From positions 5,376,001-5,440,000 of the forward strand of contig CBDBDQ010000005.1 of assembly GCA_965203905.1 (NCBI GenBank): a stretch of DNA of 64,000 nucleotides, in the 5' to 3' direction. Below are positions 19,740 through 29,579 of this stretch, piece by piece. Below the pieces are notes generated by a model, which was not told the origin of the DNA, searched no databases, and saw only the letters and a list, made by a program, of their open reading frames with translations. Made by a program: the position numbers and the translations under genes. Every line of letters starts with the position of its first letter. Position 1 is the first letter of the stretch. This DNA is from Spirochaetia bacterium. GTDB lineage: Bacteria > Spirochaetota > Spirochaetia > SZUA-6 > Bin103.

Positions 19740-20170
19740 TATAGCGCGCAGATTTGCGATGTGCGCGTAGTGGTGGCGGCCGTGCCAGGCATAGCCCTGG
19801 ACAATCCGGCTCACAGTCTGCGTGCCAAACTCAGGATGGTGCACCTTGCGCAGCAGCGTCGGCTCGTCCAGCGTACGCAGGGTTACCACCCAGCGCCCAT
19901 GCAGCGCTTCCAGCAATCGCAGTGACACTTCCGGCGGCTCGGTGGATGCGTCAGTCAGCTTCGCCCAGGCCTCCTCGTCGAACGGCTTGACGATGGGAAC
20001 GTCCTCGGTCAGGGCCAGCTTGGTGCGAATGTAGCCGTGCATATGGCTGTCGGCCAATGATGCGGATCAATCGTTGGTGCTTCTTCGGCGTCGGTTGCGG
20101 ATCCTCGCGAAGTCGCCCGATCGGGTACCTGAGCGACTCCGGGGTACCATTACCCGGTACGGCGCAGTCC
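19740..20170 (-). pseudogene. YfiT/DinB-family (bacillithiol transferase-like) gene with internal deletion
   Basis: LRYPIG N-terminus joined out of frame to ADSHMHGYIRTKLALTED.P...WHGRHH.AHI; the intervening segment is missing. Confidence 0.78.
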
Positions 20171-20345
20171 CGAACCGCTTCTTCGGCAGATGATTGGTCT
20201 TGCACGACGCAACAATGGCACCAGTAGACGCGTGTTGACAAGGCCGCGCAATGACTCGTCTCATCGACAACCAAACACTTGACAGTATCCCAGTCGTCGT
20301 CCAGCATGACGCTGACGCCAGACAGGTCTTGCTGCCGTTGGATCC

Positions 20346-21092
20346 ATGGAGAACAACATAGTCATTGCCGCCGCACAATCGCGCTCCATAAGAGGTGACT
20401 TGCAGGATAACATTCTTACGCATTTGCGGTTCATAGAAAGAGCCGCTGCTGCTGGTTGTCGTCTGCTCGTGTTTCCTGAATTGTCACTCATCGGATATGA
20501 GCTGGATCTCGCTGCTACGCTCCAGTTCAGGAGAGACGACCCGCGGCTGGACCCAATACGAAACGCGGCGAAGAAACATGACATGCATATAGTCGTCGGC
20601 GGGCCTCTAGCTTCGGAGGAGGAAAGGCCATATCTCGGCGCTCTTGTTGTTTCACCGCAACGAACCGTCTGTTACCCGAAGACTCACGTTCATGAAAGTG
20701 AGGCCCCGTACTTCCTCTCTGGAGAGGACAGTTGTGTAGTAGTTATTGACGGGAACCGCGTGGGGATAGCCATATGCGCAGATACGAGCTACGCTTCTCA
20801 CGCCGCGACCGTGGCTAGCCGAGGGGCGCAGCTATACGTCGCGTCCGTAATGAAAACGAATGCAGAGATGTTCGATCACGTACGCAGGATGAACCAATAC
20901 GCGATCGCTCATCGGATGGGAATCTTGACGGCGAACTACGCCGGCTCAAGTGGTCGGCGGGAATCCGCCGGAAAGAGTGCGTTCTGGGACGAACGAGGGG
21001 ATCTCATTGTGCAGGTGGATTCCAACGTCGAATCCTTATTGGTTTCGCGCCGAGACAACGGATATTGGAACGGCGAGATCATTGCACTCTGA
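20346..21092 (+). CDS. Carbon-nitrogen hydrolase (nitrilase superfamily)
   Basis: VFPELSL, YPKTH, IAICAD catalytic E-K-C triad. Confidence 0.88.
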   Translation: MENNIVIAAAQSRSIRGDLQDNILTHLRFIERAAAAGCRLLVFPELSLIGYELDLAATLQFRRDDPRLDPIRNAAKKHDMHIVVGGPLASEEERPYLGALVVSPQRTVCYPKTHVHESEAPYFLSGEDSCVVVIDGNRVGIAICADTSYASHAATVASRGAQLYVASVMKTNAEMFDHVRRMNQYAIAHRMGILTANYAGSSGRRESAGKSAFWDERGDLIVQVDSNVESLLVSRRDNGYWNGEIIAL

Positions 21093-21218
21093 CGGCTGTG
21101 GCAAGCTGGGCACCGAGTCGTGCCTCTACCTTAATCGCACACCGCTAGCGACCTCCGGCCTGCTCCGTGTGGATGCCAACGGCCGGGATAATCCCGTCGT
21201 AAAGGCCGTGACGTTATT

Positions 21219-21600
21219 GTGGACCGCGTTCTCGCCGACCGCGGCTTGTTCTCGGTAGCGGCCTACCTGCATGCGTGGAATCGACATGTCGACTCCTGTA
21301 TCCGGTCGATACCGGCCGATCGGCGGCTGGTGCTGCGGACCAACGAACTCGGCGGGTCGCATCGGTGTCTCGCGGAGTTCCTGGGCATACCGGTGAACTC
21401 TCTCGACGTCGCCCACGGCCACCGTAACCGCGGCACCCCGATGGAGCCGGTCACCTCCTTGGTAGCGCCAGGATACATCGACGAAGTGGTGCATTCGATC
21501 TGCGGCGCCAATATGGCCCTGCACTTTCCCGAGCTGAGCAGTGTTCGACGAGATCCGAGCCACGCGGAGCGGCTTCAACTCGGCCGAGAACGTACCGCGC
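21219..21600 (+). pseudogene. Possible sulfotransferase-like C-terminal fragment
   Basis: W..HV......IPADRRLVLRT......LAEFLG; weak resemblance only. Confidence 0.35.
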
Positions 21601-21619
21601 GAGGTCCTGTACGAACGAC

Positions 21620-21815
21620 GTGCGGTTCGTTGACACGAACGTGCTGATCTATGCGGCCAGACCGTCGCCGCAGGAGGCGGAGAAGCGCCGCAGCGCCCAA
21701 GAGCTGCTGGAGCACGGCGATTTCGTGCTGTCGGTGGAGGTCCTGCAGGGAGTTCTACAATCAGGAGACGCGGCCGAACCGGACCTACTCGCTGACCGAT
21801 TGCATCTCGTACGAG
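21620..21815 (+). pseudogene. PIN-domain (VapC) toxin remnant(s)
   Basis: MRFVDTNVLIYA...LSVEVLQ/EFY and YSLTDCIS pieces. Confidence 0.7.
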
Positions 21816-21849
21816 ACAAAGCGATCGCGGTATGGAGCTGGCCATCATC

Positions 21850-22261
21850 GGCAGGAAACGGCGCGGTTTCTACGGCGATGGAGGCCATGCACCACGCGTA
21901 GTAGGTGACCACCTCGGCGCTGTCTGCGGGAGTGAACCACCAGGTACTTGGTCGCTCCGGTTGCCGCCGATTGCTGCGCGTGGCGGCGCAGCCAATGCGT
22001 TCTGATCCTGCGAGCGACACTCGAACACGTCCCACTACATGGTGGCCGGACAGGAGTACCGGTGGCAGGTAGCCGGCAGTCACTCCGTGAAGAAGGCGCC
22101 GGCCGCCGCATCAGTTCGTGGAGTCCGGGTAGATCTCGCGCCGGCCGTTCGTTGATTGCCTCCCATGCGCCGGCAGCTTCGGGAGGCAGGACGAACTCGG
22201 TTCGATCCGCGAGTACCTGGCGGGCGGCGGTGGTAACGCTGCTCAGGACGAACGCGGTCAC
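21850..22261 (-). pseudogene. DUF1778 antitoxin plus GNAT toxin remnants (TacAT-like)
   Basis: TAFVLSS...ARQVLADRTEFVLP...ERPARDLPGL; then WLRRHA.QS and VVTYYAWCMASI fragments across frames. Confidence 0.7.
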
Positions 22262-22292
22262 GGTGGTACCGGCGCGGGCACGGCGCGGTCGA

Positions 22293-22468
22293 TCATCGCA
22301 CGGTCCTCCGGGGAGTTGCGGCCCGGCCCGCGAATCGGTCGAGGAAGTGGTCGCGGTCCCAGGTTACGAGCGTCGTCGCGAATGCCGCGTGCTTGCGAGC
22401 AGTCAACAGGAACTGGGCGTCACCGAGAGAAAGACGTTGGTGTCGATGAGGTACGGTCCCTGATCCAT
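22293..22468 (-). pseudogene. PIN toxin with internal deletion
   Basis: MDQGPYLIDTNVF fused directly to LSLGDAQ...LVTWDRDHF. Confidence 0.68.
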
Positions 22469-22704
22469 TCCGTGGCCTGCGACCAGTCGGAAAACACCGG
22501 TTCGGACTGCGCGAGCGCTGTTTCAACCTCCGCCCAGCGTTCGTCGGCCCCTGCGGCCGAACCATCCCTCTGGTCGTCGGTGCAAGGTGTCACTACCCCG
22601 ATTCGCTTGCCGCGGTAGGTAAGTACAAAGGGTTCTCCGGCGCGCAATCGCTTGATGAAGTCACCGGTGTGCTGTTTCAACGCCTTTGCCGTGATCACTC
22701 CCAT
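22420..22704 (-). CDS. Phd/YefM-family antitoxin
   Basis: MGVITAKALKQHTGDFIKRLRAGEPFVLTYRGKRIGVVTP. Confidence 0.8.
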   Translation of the reverse strand: MGVITAKALKQHTGDFIKRLRAGEPFVLTYRGKRIGVVTPCTDDQRDGSAAGADERWAEVETALAQSEPVFSDWSQATEWIRDRTSSTPTSFSR

Positions 22705-22930
22705 CCGCCAAGCGTACACTTTCGCGTTTCAAACTGTCTGCTCCGCGAGATGGTCGTCAAACGCCATCCCCCGGCCACAGCGCCAGCCGCGGGGCGCCAG
22801 CTCCATGTAGCTGCGCCCGCGCTGCCGATGCCCACCAGCGGGAGGTAGACTGCGCGTGGCGGAGCCGGCGAGCGTGCGGCTTGCTCTACCTGGAGCCGGC
22901 GGTGGCCGTTCCGTACAATCCGGGGGCACC

Positions 22931-23581
22931 ATGGCACTGCAGATCTACACCCACGGCCGCCGCGACCGACCCACGGTGGCGCTGACGTTCGATGACGGCC
23001 CCAACCCGCCGGTGACCGATCAGATCCTGGAGATCCTGGCACAGCGCGAGGTCAGGGCCACCTTCTTTCCCATCGGCCGCTGGGTGGAGCGCTGGCCGCA
23101 GGCGTTCGCGCGCATGGTGGCGGCGGGGCACGTGATCGGCAACCACAGCTACGAGCACGACCGCTACCTGGGCGACTTCGACCGCGCCGAGGCGGTGCTC
23201 GCCAACGTCACCGGCAAGCCCTCGCGCTTCCTGCGCGCCCATTTCTTCCACTTCCACCTGTGCCTGCAGTCGCCCCTGGCCACCTCTCCGGGGATCAAGA
23301 TCGTCGATGCCGACGTCAACCCTGCCGACTACTCGCGCACCGACCCCGACGAGATCGTCAGGCTGACCCTGGAGTCGGACCAGTTGCAGGGCGGCTCGAT
23401 CATCGACCTGCACGACGGCGGGGAGATGGAAGATGACGCCACGCGCCTGTCCCGGCCGCGGCCGCTGATCGAGGCGCTGCCGCGGATCATCGACGGCCTG
23501 CGGGAACGCGGTCTGCAACCCGCCGGGCTGGATGAGATGGAGCTGGTCGATCCAGCCGAATGGCCCCCTCGCCGCGACTGA
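22931..23581 (+). CDS. Polysaccharide deacetylase (NodB/CE4)
   Basis: VALTFDDGP, ATFF, GHVIGNHSYEH, IIDLHDG. Confidence 0.9.
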   Translation: MALQIYTHGRRDRPTVALTFDDGPNPPVTDQILEILAQREVRATFFPIGRWVERWPQAFARMVAAGHVIGNHSYEHDRYLGDFDRAEAVLANVTGKPSRFLRAHFFHFHLCLQSPLATSPGIKIVDADVNPADYSRTDPDEIVRLTLESDQLQGGSIIDLHDGGEMEDDATRLSRPRPLIEALPRIIDGLRERGLQPAGLDEMELVDPAEWPPRRD

Positions 23582-23591
23582 GGTAGATTCT

Positions 23592-23626
23592 TGCAGACAA
23601 GTTACGTTTTTCGTAACCTGTCTGCA
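23592..23626. promoter_or_regulatory. Inverted repeat, probable AbiEi autoregulatory operator
   Basis: TGCAGACAAGTTACG-ttttt-CGTAACCTGTCTGCA (14/15 match), 2 nt before the ATG. Confidence 0.65.
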
Positions 23627-23628
23627 CG

Positions 23629-24288
23629 ATGCAGTCGCTGACGGAAGCCGTATTCGAGCTTGCGCCGCCGGGCGGGCTGTTCAACGAGACGGTGGTGAGC
23701 AACCTCTTTCCTCACCGGTCGGACGGCGCTCGCAAGCAGTTGGTGCATCGGGCCGTGGCAAGCGGCGAGATCATTCGTCTCAGGCCGGGGATCTTCGCGT
23801 TGCGCCCGGAATACCGCAGGTCGGAGTTGCACCCGTATGTCGTTGCCGCGTTTCTGCATTCGCCGTCACATGTCAGTCTGGAGTCCGCGCTTGCTCATCA
23901 CGGTCTCATTCCGGAGGCGGTTCAGCAGATCAGCAGTGTAACTGCGCGGCGGAGTCGGTCGTTCACGACGACCCTGGGGGTATTCTCGTTTCAACGCGTT
24001 CCCGCGCGCCAACCGCGGGCCGGCGTGGAGGCGGTCAAGCTCGGGTCCGGATCGTGGGCGTTCGTTGCGACGCCGTTGCGCGCTCTGGCGGACATGCTCT
24101 ATCTCAACAAGTCGGTGTCCTGGCCGAAGGACGGTCTCGGGTACGTTCTGGAGTCGCTGCGTATCGAGCCGGACGACCTGAGCGGCGTGTCAATCGCGGC
24201 GCTGCCCGAGATCAGCGCCAGCGTCCGAGACCGAAGGGTCGTCTCCTATCTGGAGCATCTGGCGAAGGAGGCACCTCTTGCTGAGTGA
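23629..24288 (+). CDS. AbiEi-like type IV TA antitoxin / transcriptional regulator
   Basis: GEIIRLRPGIF, PSHVSLESALAHHGLIPE.V..ISSVT, ATPLRALAD. Confidence 0.82.
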   Translation: MQSLTEAVFELAPPGGLFNETVVSNLFPHRSDGARKQLVHRAVASGEIIRLRPGIFALRPEYRRSELHPYVVAAFLHSPSHVSLESALAHHGLIPEAVQQISSVTARRSRSFTTTLGVFSFQRVPARQPRAGVEAVKLGSGSWAFVATPLRALADMLYLNKSVSWPKDGLGYVLESLRIEPDDLSGVSIAALPEISASVRDRRVVSYLEHLAKEAPLAE

Positions 24289-24333
24289 TGTACTGCAGGC
24301 GCATGGTTGCGTACCTGGCCAGGTAAGTGAACT

Positions 24334-25608
24334 TCACGTGCCGTCCGCGACGGCGCGCAGGCGTGAGGTCAGTCCGTCCAGGTTGAAGCAGTCGACGTAG
24401 CGGGAGATCGAGGCCTTGATGCGGCCGAGGACGAAGGCTTCCGGCTCGCCGCCGGCCGCTGACAGGTTCGCAAACAGACGCTCGGTGGCCTCCAACACTG
24501 CCGGATCGTGGAACACGTAGTGCCCGCAGATCTCCGCGAGGCGGAACGCACGTCCCGGATCCTGCAACGCGGCCTCCACCGACAGCTCGTCGTCCGCGCC
24601 GGTCATCCACTTGCGCCAGCGCTCGCTCGCCACGGCCCGCCTGGTGAAGGTCGGGAGAAAGCCCGAGGACTCGGCGATCCGTCCGGCGGCACGCTGCTCT
24701 TCTTCAGCCTGCGCCAGAGCCAGGTAGGCGCGCGATTCCTCCACCCCGAACTCGGGGGCGACGTTGGCCGCGGAGACCCTTAGCAGAGGATGATGGAGCA
24801 GCGCCCGGTCTTCGAGGTAGTCGGCGTTGTGCTCCTTGAGCCCCGCTCCGTGGCCGCGGGCGGCGGCGGACAGCGCCGCGGCCGCGTCCATGTCGAAGCG
24901 GCCGACGTTTTCCGTCAATCGAACCAACGTGCCCGTCTGGCCCACGACGAACACCGGCGCGGGCAGCCCCTTGCGACCCAGCTCCCGGTTCAGATTGCCG
25001 ATGAACGACTGGTAGGCCCCGGTCGTGGTCAGCCCGCCGTCGGTCTCCTCGGTTCCCGCCTCATACGCCATCTCCGGCAGTTGCCGGCTGCGCCGCTCCC
25101 GCTCGACGTACTCGATCAGCTCCACCGAGCGGGCAATCACTTCGCCGATCGGCACCCCGGAATCGCGATGCGGGTCGCGCGTGGGGTCGATGTGGAGCAG
25201 GTCGAATCCCTGCAGCAGGTCCTCCAGGTAGGAACTGCGGGCGCTGGCCATGGCGTGGTCGAGGCCGATCCCCGCGCGCAGCTCTTCGTCCCGGTGCCAG
25301 GGACCGCCGTGGTCGCGACACACGTAGTACAGGCCGGTGAACCCGATCTCCTCGGCGATCCGGCGGATCGCCCCGACGAACGCGGCCTGGTCCCAGCCGG
25401 CAACGTAGCCGCCGCCGAGCTGGCGCGTGTCTACCTGGTTGCGGCTGGCGATGAACAGCAGGGGAAAGTCGCGCTCCTGCGCTAGTTCCAGCGCGGCGCG
25501 CACGATACGCTGCGACATGGGCCCGACGCCGAGCAGCGTGGCGTGCGAGCCCGCCGCCTCGAGGTCCTGCAGTGCGCGATGGAGTCGGGGATAGGTCAGT
25601 CGAGACAT
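24334..25608 (-). CDS. GatZ/KbaZ-family tagatose-bisphosphate aldolase non-catalytic subunit / epimerase-like protein
   Basis: LLGVGPMS, FIASRNQVD...GGGY, CRDHGGPW, LLHIDPT, YEAGTEE, KEHNADY, ANVAPEFG. Confidence 0.85.
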   Translation of the reverse strand: MSRLTYPRLHRALQDLEAAGSHATLLGVGPMSQRIVRAALELAQERDFPLLFIASRNQVDTRQLGGGYVAGWDQAAFVGAIRRIAEEIGFTGLYYVCRDHGGPWHRDEELRAGIGLDHAMASARSSYLEDLLQGFDLLHIDPTRDPHRDSGVPIGEVIARSVELIEYVERERRSRQLPEMAYEAGTEETDGGLTTTGAYQSFIGNLNRELGRKGLPAPVFVVGQTGTLVRLTENVGRFDMDAAAALSAAARGHGAGLKEHNADYLEDRALLHHPLLRVSAANVAPEFGVEESRAYLALAQAEEEQRAAGRIAESSGFLPTFTRRAVASERWRKWMTGADDELSVEAALQDPGRAFRLAEICGHYVFHDPAVLEATERLFANLSAAGGEPEAFVLGRIKASISRYVDCFNLDGLTSRLRAVADGT

Positions 25609-25679
25609 GTCGTCGTGGCGGTTGCGGCGGGTATAGCACCGTCCTTGCAAAATGTCATCCGAGCGCGGACGATGCCGGC

Positions 25680-26687
25680 ATGGGACTGTTCTCACGAGCC
25701 GATGCCGCGGTGGAGCGTTCGGTGCCACCGGAAGTCAGGAACCTGGAGCTGTTGAGCAGGCCGATCGAGATCATCAGCGACGACTACAATCTCGGCGACT
25801 GGCAAGAAACGCCGTCCAAGATCATCCGCCACGACGGCTGCTATCACATGTGGATCATCGACACACCGTTGGGCGGCAGGACGCGGCCCGCCGGGACCAG
25901 CACCACCCGCTACCTGAAATCGCGGGATGGCGCGCAGTGGCTGGACCAGGGCTTCATTCCCACCGGTGCCGCCGGGAGCCACGACGACCACGACCGGCTG
26001 GCCCCGGACGTGGTGCGCCACGATGGCAGGTTCTACCTGTTCTACGAGTCGCAGACGAGCAACCCGCCACGGTGGGGCGGCCACAGCAGGTGCGGCATCG
26101 GCTGCATCGTGGCGGATGATCCCGCCGGCCCCTGGCTTCCGGCGACGGACGATCTGCTGCTGCGACCAGCCACCGATGCGGGAGCATTCGATCATGCCGT
26201 GGTGACCAATCCGCGGATGGAGTACCTGCACGGCAAGTGGTTCATGTACTACAAGGCACGGAAGTTCCACGTCGGCGAGACGCCTGCCGGGTACCTGACC
26301 GAGAACGGGGTAGCCGTGTCCGATCACCTGCTCGGTCCCTATACCAAGTACGACGGCAATCCCCTGATGACCGGCCACTCGGCGTTCCTGCTGAAGTACA
26401 AGCACGGACTGATCTACTTCAACACCGCGCCGGAGCAGGTCTGCTGGACCGAGGACGGGTTCACGTTCGTCGCCGTGAAGGACTTCGGCGGGGAGCATGA
26501 CACCGGCGCCTTCATGCGCTGGTCGGCGTTCCACCTGCCGAACCACCCGCTCTACGGGGGCGACCCGTCGTTGCCCGACGCCACGGAAGTGTGGGGCGTC
26601 AGCTCGATGTGGCGGGAACGTTTCGGCTATCACCAGCTCAACAACGACATCATCGGAGTCACCTGCCGCCTGAGCCCGGGCGAGTAG
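25680..26687 (+). CDS. Five-bladed beta-propeller glycoside hydrolase (GH43/GH117-like)
   Basis: PSKII..DG.YHMW, APDVV..DGRFYLFYE, AD.P.GPW, W.MYYKA, GPYTKY.GNP. Confidence 0.75.
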   Translation: MGLFSRADAAVERSVPPEVRNLELLSRPIEIISDDYNLGDWQETPSKIIRHDGCYHMWIIDTPLGGRTRPAGTSTTRYLKSRDGAQWLDQGFIPTGAAGSHDDHDRLAPDVVRHDGRFYLFYESQTSNPPRWGGHSRCGIGCIVADDPAGPWLPATDDLLLRPATDAGAFDHAVVTNPRMEYLHGKWFMYYKARKFHVGETPAGYLTENGVAVSDHLLGPYTKYDGNPLMTGHSAFLLKYKHGLIYFNTAPEQVCWTEDGFTFVAVKDFGGEHDTGAFMRWSAFHLPNHPLYGGDPSLPDATEVWGVSSMWRERFGYHQLNNDIIGVTCRLSPGE

Positions 26688-26724
26688 CGGCAAAGCGCCG
26701 ACGGCGGCCGCCCATGTCGCCTAC

Positions 26725-26761
26725 TTGACGTTCTATTTAATATAGATTAATTGAGTTAATC
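26725..26761 (+). promoter_or_regulatory. AT-rich promoter/operator
   Basis: TTGACG hexamer followed by palindromes CTAT-ttaat-ATAG and GATTAA-ttgag-TTAATC, in an otherwise GC-rich background. Confidence 0.55.
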
Positions 26762-26764
26762 GTT

Positions 26765-27454
26765 ATGTACGAACCGAGTCCTGTCGGGCAGGCCCGACCA
26801 CGCGATCCGGCGGCCCGCGCCGCGGGCTGGCTGCTGCTGGCGACCGCGGCCGCCACCGTCGTGGCTGTGATCGGCCGGGTGGCGGCGCAGGCGGACCTCG
26901 CCACGCTTGCCGAGTCGCTGGCCGCCATCGGCGCGCACCGCGGGCGCTACGGGATCGGCGGCGCGGGGCGCCTGCTCTCCGGACTCACGCTGCTCGCGGG
27001 GGCCTGGTTCCTGTTGCGCACCTGGATCATGCGCCTGCGCCTGGGCTCCAGGATGGTGCCGCTGCTGCTCGGTGTCTCCGGAGTGGCCACCGCGATTTCG
27101 GGCGCGGGTGCGGTCATCCTGGCGATCGTGGCTCCTGGATCGCCCGACGCCCTTGCGCCGGTGGCGGATGTCCGCTGGATCAGCGGCAAGATCGGGTTCG
27201 GTCTCGGCGGTCTGGCGTTGGTCGCGGCAGCGCTTCGGCAGTGGCGCGTGGGCGGCTTCCTGCGCCCGGTGGCGCCGGTCTCGGCACTCGTCGGAGCGGC
27301 GATGCAGCTCATCTGGGTCGACGCCGCGATCATCGCGCACCGGGTCACCGGAGTTGCGTTCCTGTTGTGGCTTGTCGCCATTGGCTTGCTGTTGGTGACC
27401 GGCCGCGTGGAGCAGCGATTCGCCGAGCTGGCCCGAGGGGAATCCGCCGCGTAA
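26765..27454 (+). CDS. Integral membrane protein of unknown function
   Basis: 229 aa with about six hydrophobic segments. Confidence 0.7.
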   Translation: MYEPSPVGQARPRDPAARAAGWLLLATAAATVVAVIGRVAAQADLATLAESLAAIGAHRGRYGIGGAGRLLSGLTLLAGAWFLLRTWIMRLRLGSRMVPLLLGVSGVATAISGAGAVILAIVAPGSPDALAPVADVRWISGKIGFGLGGLALVAAALRQWRVGGFLRPVAPVSALVGAAMQLIWVDAAIIAHRVTGVAFLLWLVAIGLLLVTGRVEQRFAELARGESAA

Positions 27455-27466
27455 CGAGCTTCCGAG

Positions 27467-28450
27467 CTACCGCACGGCGGCCAGGGCAGGTTCCGGCGCA
27501 GCGCCGGAGGTGAGCGACACGCGGCCCACGTCCGCGCTCGCCAGCGCCGCGCTGACCTGGCGCCGTTCGCCGGTGGAGAGCGGCTGTACCGGCTCGCGCA
27601 TCAGCGGCGAGCTGAACACGCCGCGCTGGTAGAGCGCCTCGTTCATGCGCGCGTGCGCCTCTCCCGACGGCTGGCCGATGCCGTAGATCGCCTCCGCCAT
27701 CGGAAAGATCCGCTCCTGCAGTTCGCGCGTACGGCGGAAGTCGTCGTCCAGCACCGCCTGCCAGGCGTCGCAGATCAACTCGGGGATGCAGCCGGCGAAC
27801 CCGATCAGCGCGCCGTCGACGCCGACGTACATCGAGGACAGCAGCGACTCGTCGTGGCAGGTGAGCAGCGACAGCTCCGGGGCCTGGGCGCGGAACAGGC
27901 GGCAGTCGCGCTCGTACAGCGCCATGTGGCGAGTGCCGGTCTTCAGCGCCTTGACGTTGGGGATCCGCGCCAGCTCCAGCACCGTCTCCGCCGGGTAGAA
28001 CGCCTTGGTGGCGAACGGGTAGAGGTGGATGATGATGCCGATGTCGATCGCCTCCGCGATGCGGCGGAAGAACTGCACCGGCGACTCGGGCTTCATGCCG
28101 AAGCGCAGCCAGGTGTGCGGCGGCATCACCAGGATGCCGTCGGCACCGGCGTCCTGCGCGGCGCAGGCGTGGTCGATCGCCTCCAGGGTACCCTCGGCGC
28201 TGATTCCCGACACCACCGTGACGCGGTCGCCCACCTCGTCGGCGATGATGGCGGTGACCTGCGCCCGCTCCTCGGGCCGCAACGACGTGATCTCCCCGGT
28301 GTGGCCGTTGCACACCAGGCCGTCGATCAGGTCGAAGTCGGCCAGCCAGCGCACGTAGGCGCGCAACTCCGGCTCGTTGATGCCGTAGTCCTCGGTCAGC
28401 GGCAGGCAGGTGGCGGGAAAGATGTTGCGCCACGACTTGTGGTTGTTCAT
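27467..28450 (-). CDS. DapA/NanA-family class I aldolase/lyase
   Basis: GLVCNGHTGE, GADGILVMPP, IPNVKALK. Confidence 0.88.
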   Translation of the reverse strand: MNNHKSWRNIFPATCLPLTEDYGINEPELRAYVRWLADFDLIDGLVCNGHTGEITSLRPEERAQVTAIIADEVGDRVTVVSGISAEGTLEAIDHACAAQDAGADGILVMPPHTWLRFGMKPESPVQFFRRIAEAIDIGIIIHLYPFATKAFYPAETVLELARIPNVKALKTGTRHMALYERDCRLFRAQAPELSLLTCHDESLLSSMYVGVDGALIGFAGCIPELICDAWQAVLDDDFRRTRELQERIFPMAEAIYGIGQPSGEAHARMNEALYQRGVFSSPLMREPVQPLSTGERRQVSAALASADVGRVSLTSGAAPEPALAAVR

Positions 28451-28481
28451 CGAAAGCTCCTCGGGTCTGTTGAGTGAGTCT

Positions 28482-29579
28482 TCACTCGGGAATCTCGGCT
28501 ACGTAGACCTGCGCCTGTCCGGTGCGGTCGCTGGTGAACACCACCTTGCGCCCGTCCGGTGAGAACGCGGGGTGCGGGTGGGTATGCTGCGGTGCGTACA
28601 CCTGCACCGGACCATCATCATACGGACAGTGGTCCGTGTCCCAATGTGCCCCAACATTGCTTGCCTGGGAAGTGCACAGCGGCCGCGGCGTGCCGACGCC
28701 GTCACCGGCATCGAACAGCATCAGGCCCCGGTCGGGGAAGGTGGTGTCGCTCACCAACCGGGTGCCGTCGCGGGAGACCGCCGCGTGCCAGGCGTTGAAA
28801 CCGCACACCTGGCGCACCGCCCCGGTGTCCACCTCGATGCCGATCATCCCGTGCGGCCACCTGGTGGTGACGATCTCACGCGTTCCCGGGCGCCAGGTCT
28901 CGTGCACGATCCACTCCCGTGCGGCTTCGTCGCGGCGGTAGGCGAGACGCTGCTCACTGCCGTCGCGGCGCGCGACCCAGATGCGCTGGTGATACGGTCC
29001 CGCGTAGCGCAGCCACTCGGCGTCGTCGGGGTGAAACTCGGGGTGGCCAATGGTGTCCGCCTCCAGCACGTAGTCGGCGGCGCCGGTGGCGGTGTCCACC
29101 AGCAGCATGCGGGCCCGCTCCGGCGCGTTCACCGGAACCGCCCACCAGCGGTCGTCGCGGCTCACGGTGGTGGTGCCCATCGCCGCCCCCACGACCCCTT
29201 CGTGCCGCGTCTCCACCGAGTCGAAGGCGACGAGCTGTTCCTCGCGCCAGGTCGCCGTCTCCACCCGCCAGCAACCCTCCGGATCCGTGAAGTAGACGTA
29301 GCGCCCGTCGTGGGAGGGATGCACCGACCACTCCGCCAGCCCCGGATGGTCGGTCGCCTGCACGATGCTGCCGTCCTCCTGCAGCTCCAGGAAGATCTCG
29401 GGCCGGCCGCTGCGGTGGGAGATGAACACCAGGTGCGCCATGGCGTCGTCCATCGCCGGCAGGTAGTAGAACGGATGGTGATGGATCGACTGGTGGCCGG
29501 TAACCCGGCGCACCCGCGCGCCGGTGACCGGATCGGTGTAGCTGCTCCCCTCCGTGGGGAATACGGTGCCTCGCGCCAT
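28482..29579 (-). CDS. Oligogalacturonate lyase family (PL22-like) beta-propeller
   Basis: YTDPVTGARV.R.T, HH.FYY, IGHPEFHP, RIWV, HETW, THPHPAFSPDG..VVFTSDRTG. Confidence 0.8.
   Translation of the reverse strand: MARGTVFPTEGSSYTDPVTGARVRRVTGHQSIHHHPFYYLPAMDDAMAHLVFISHRSGRPEIFLELQEDGSIVQATDHPGLAEWSVHPSHDGRYVYFTDPEGCWRVETATWREEQLVAFDSVETRHEGVVGAAMGTTTVSRDDRWWAVPVNAPERARMLLVDTATGAADYVLEADTIGHPEFHPDDAEWLRYAGPYHQRIWVARRDGSEQRLAYRRDEAAREWIVHETWRPGTREIVTTRWPHGMIGIEVDTGAVRQVCGFNAWHAAVSRDGTRLVSDTTFPDRGLMLFDAGDGVGTPRPLCTSQASNVGAHWDTDHCPYDDGPVQVYAPQHTHPHPAFSPDGRKVVFTSDRTGQAQVYVAEIPE

Noticed and set aside
21109-21124. GGCACCGAGTCG-TGCC resembles the terminal hairpin of the SpCas9 tracrRNA
   Set aside because: Only ~12 nt match, there is no rest of the scaffold, and no cas genes or array are present; chance match in GC-rich DNA.
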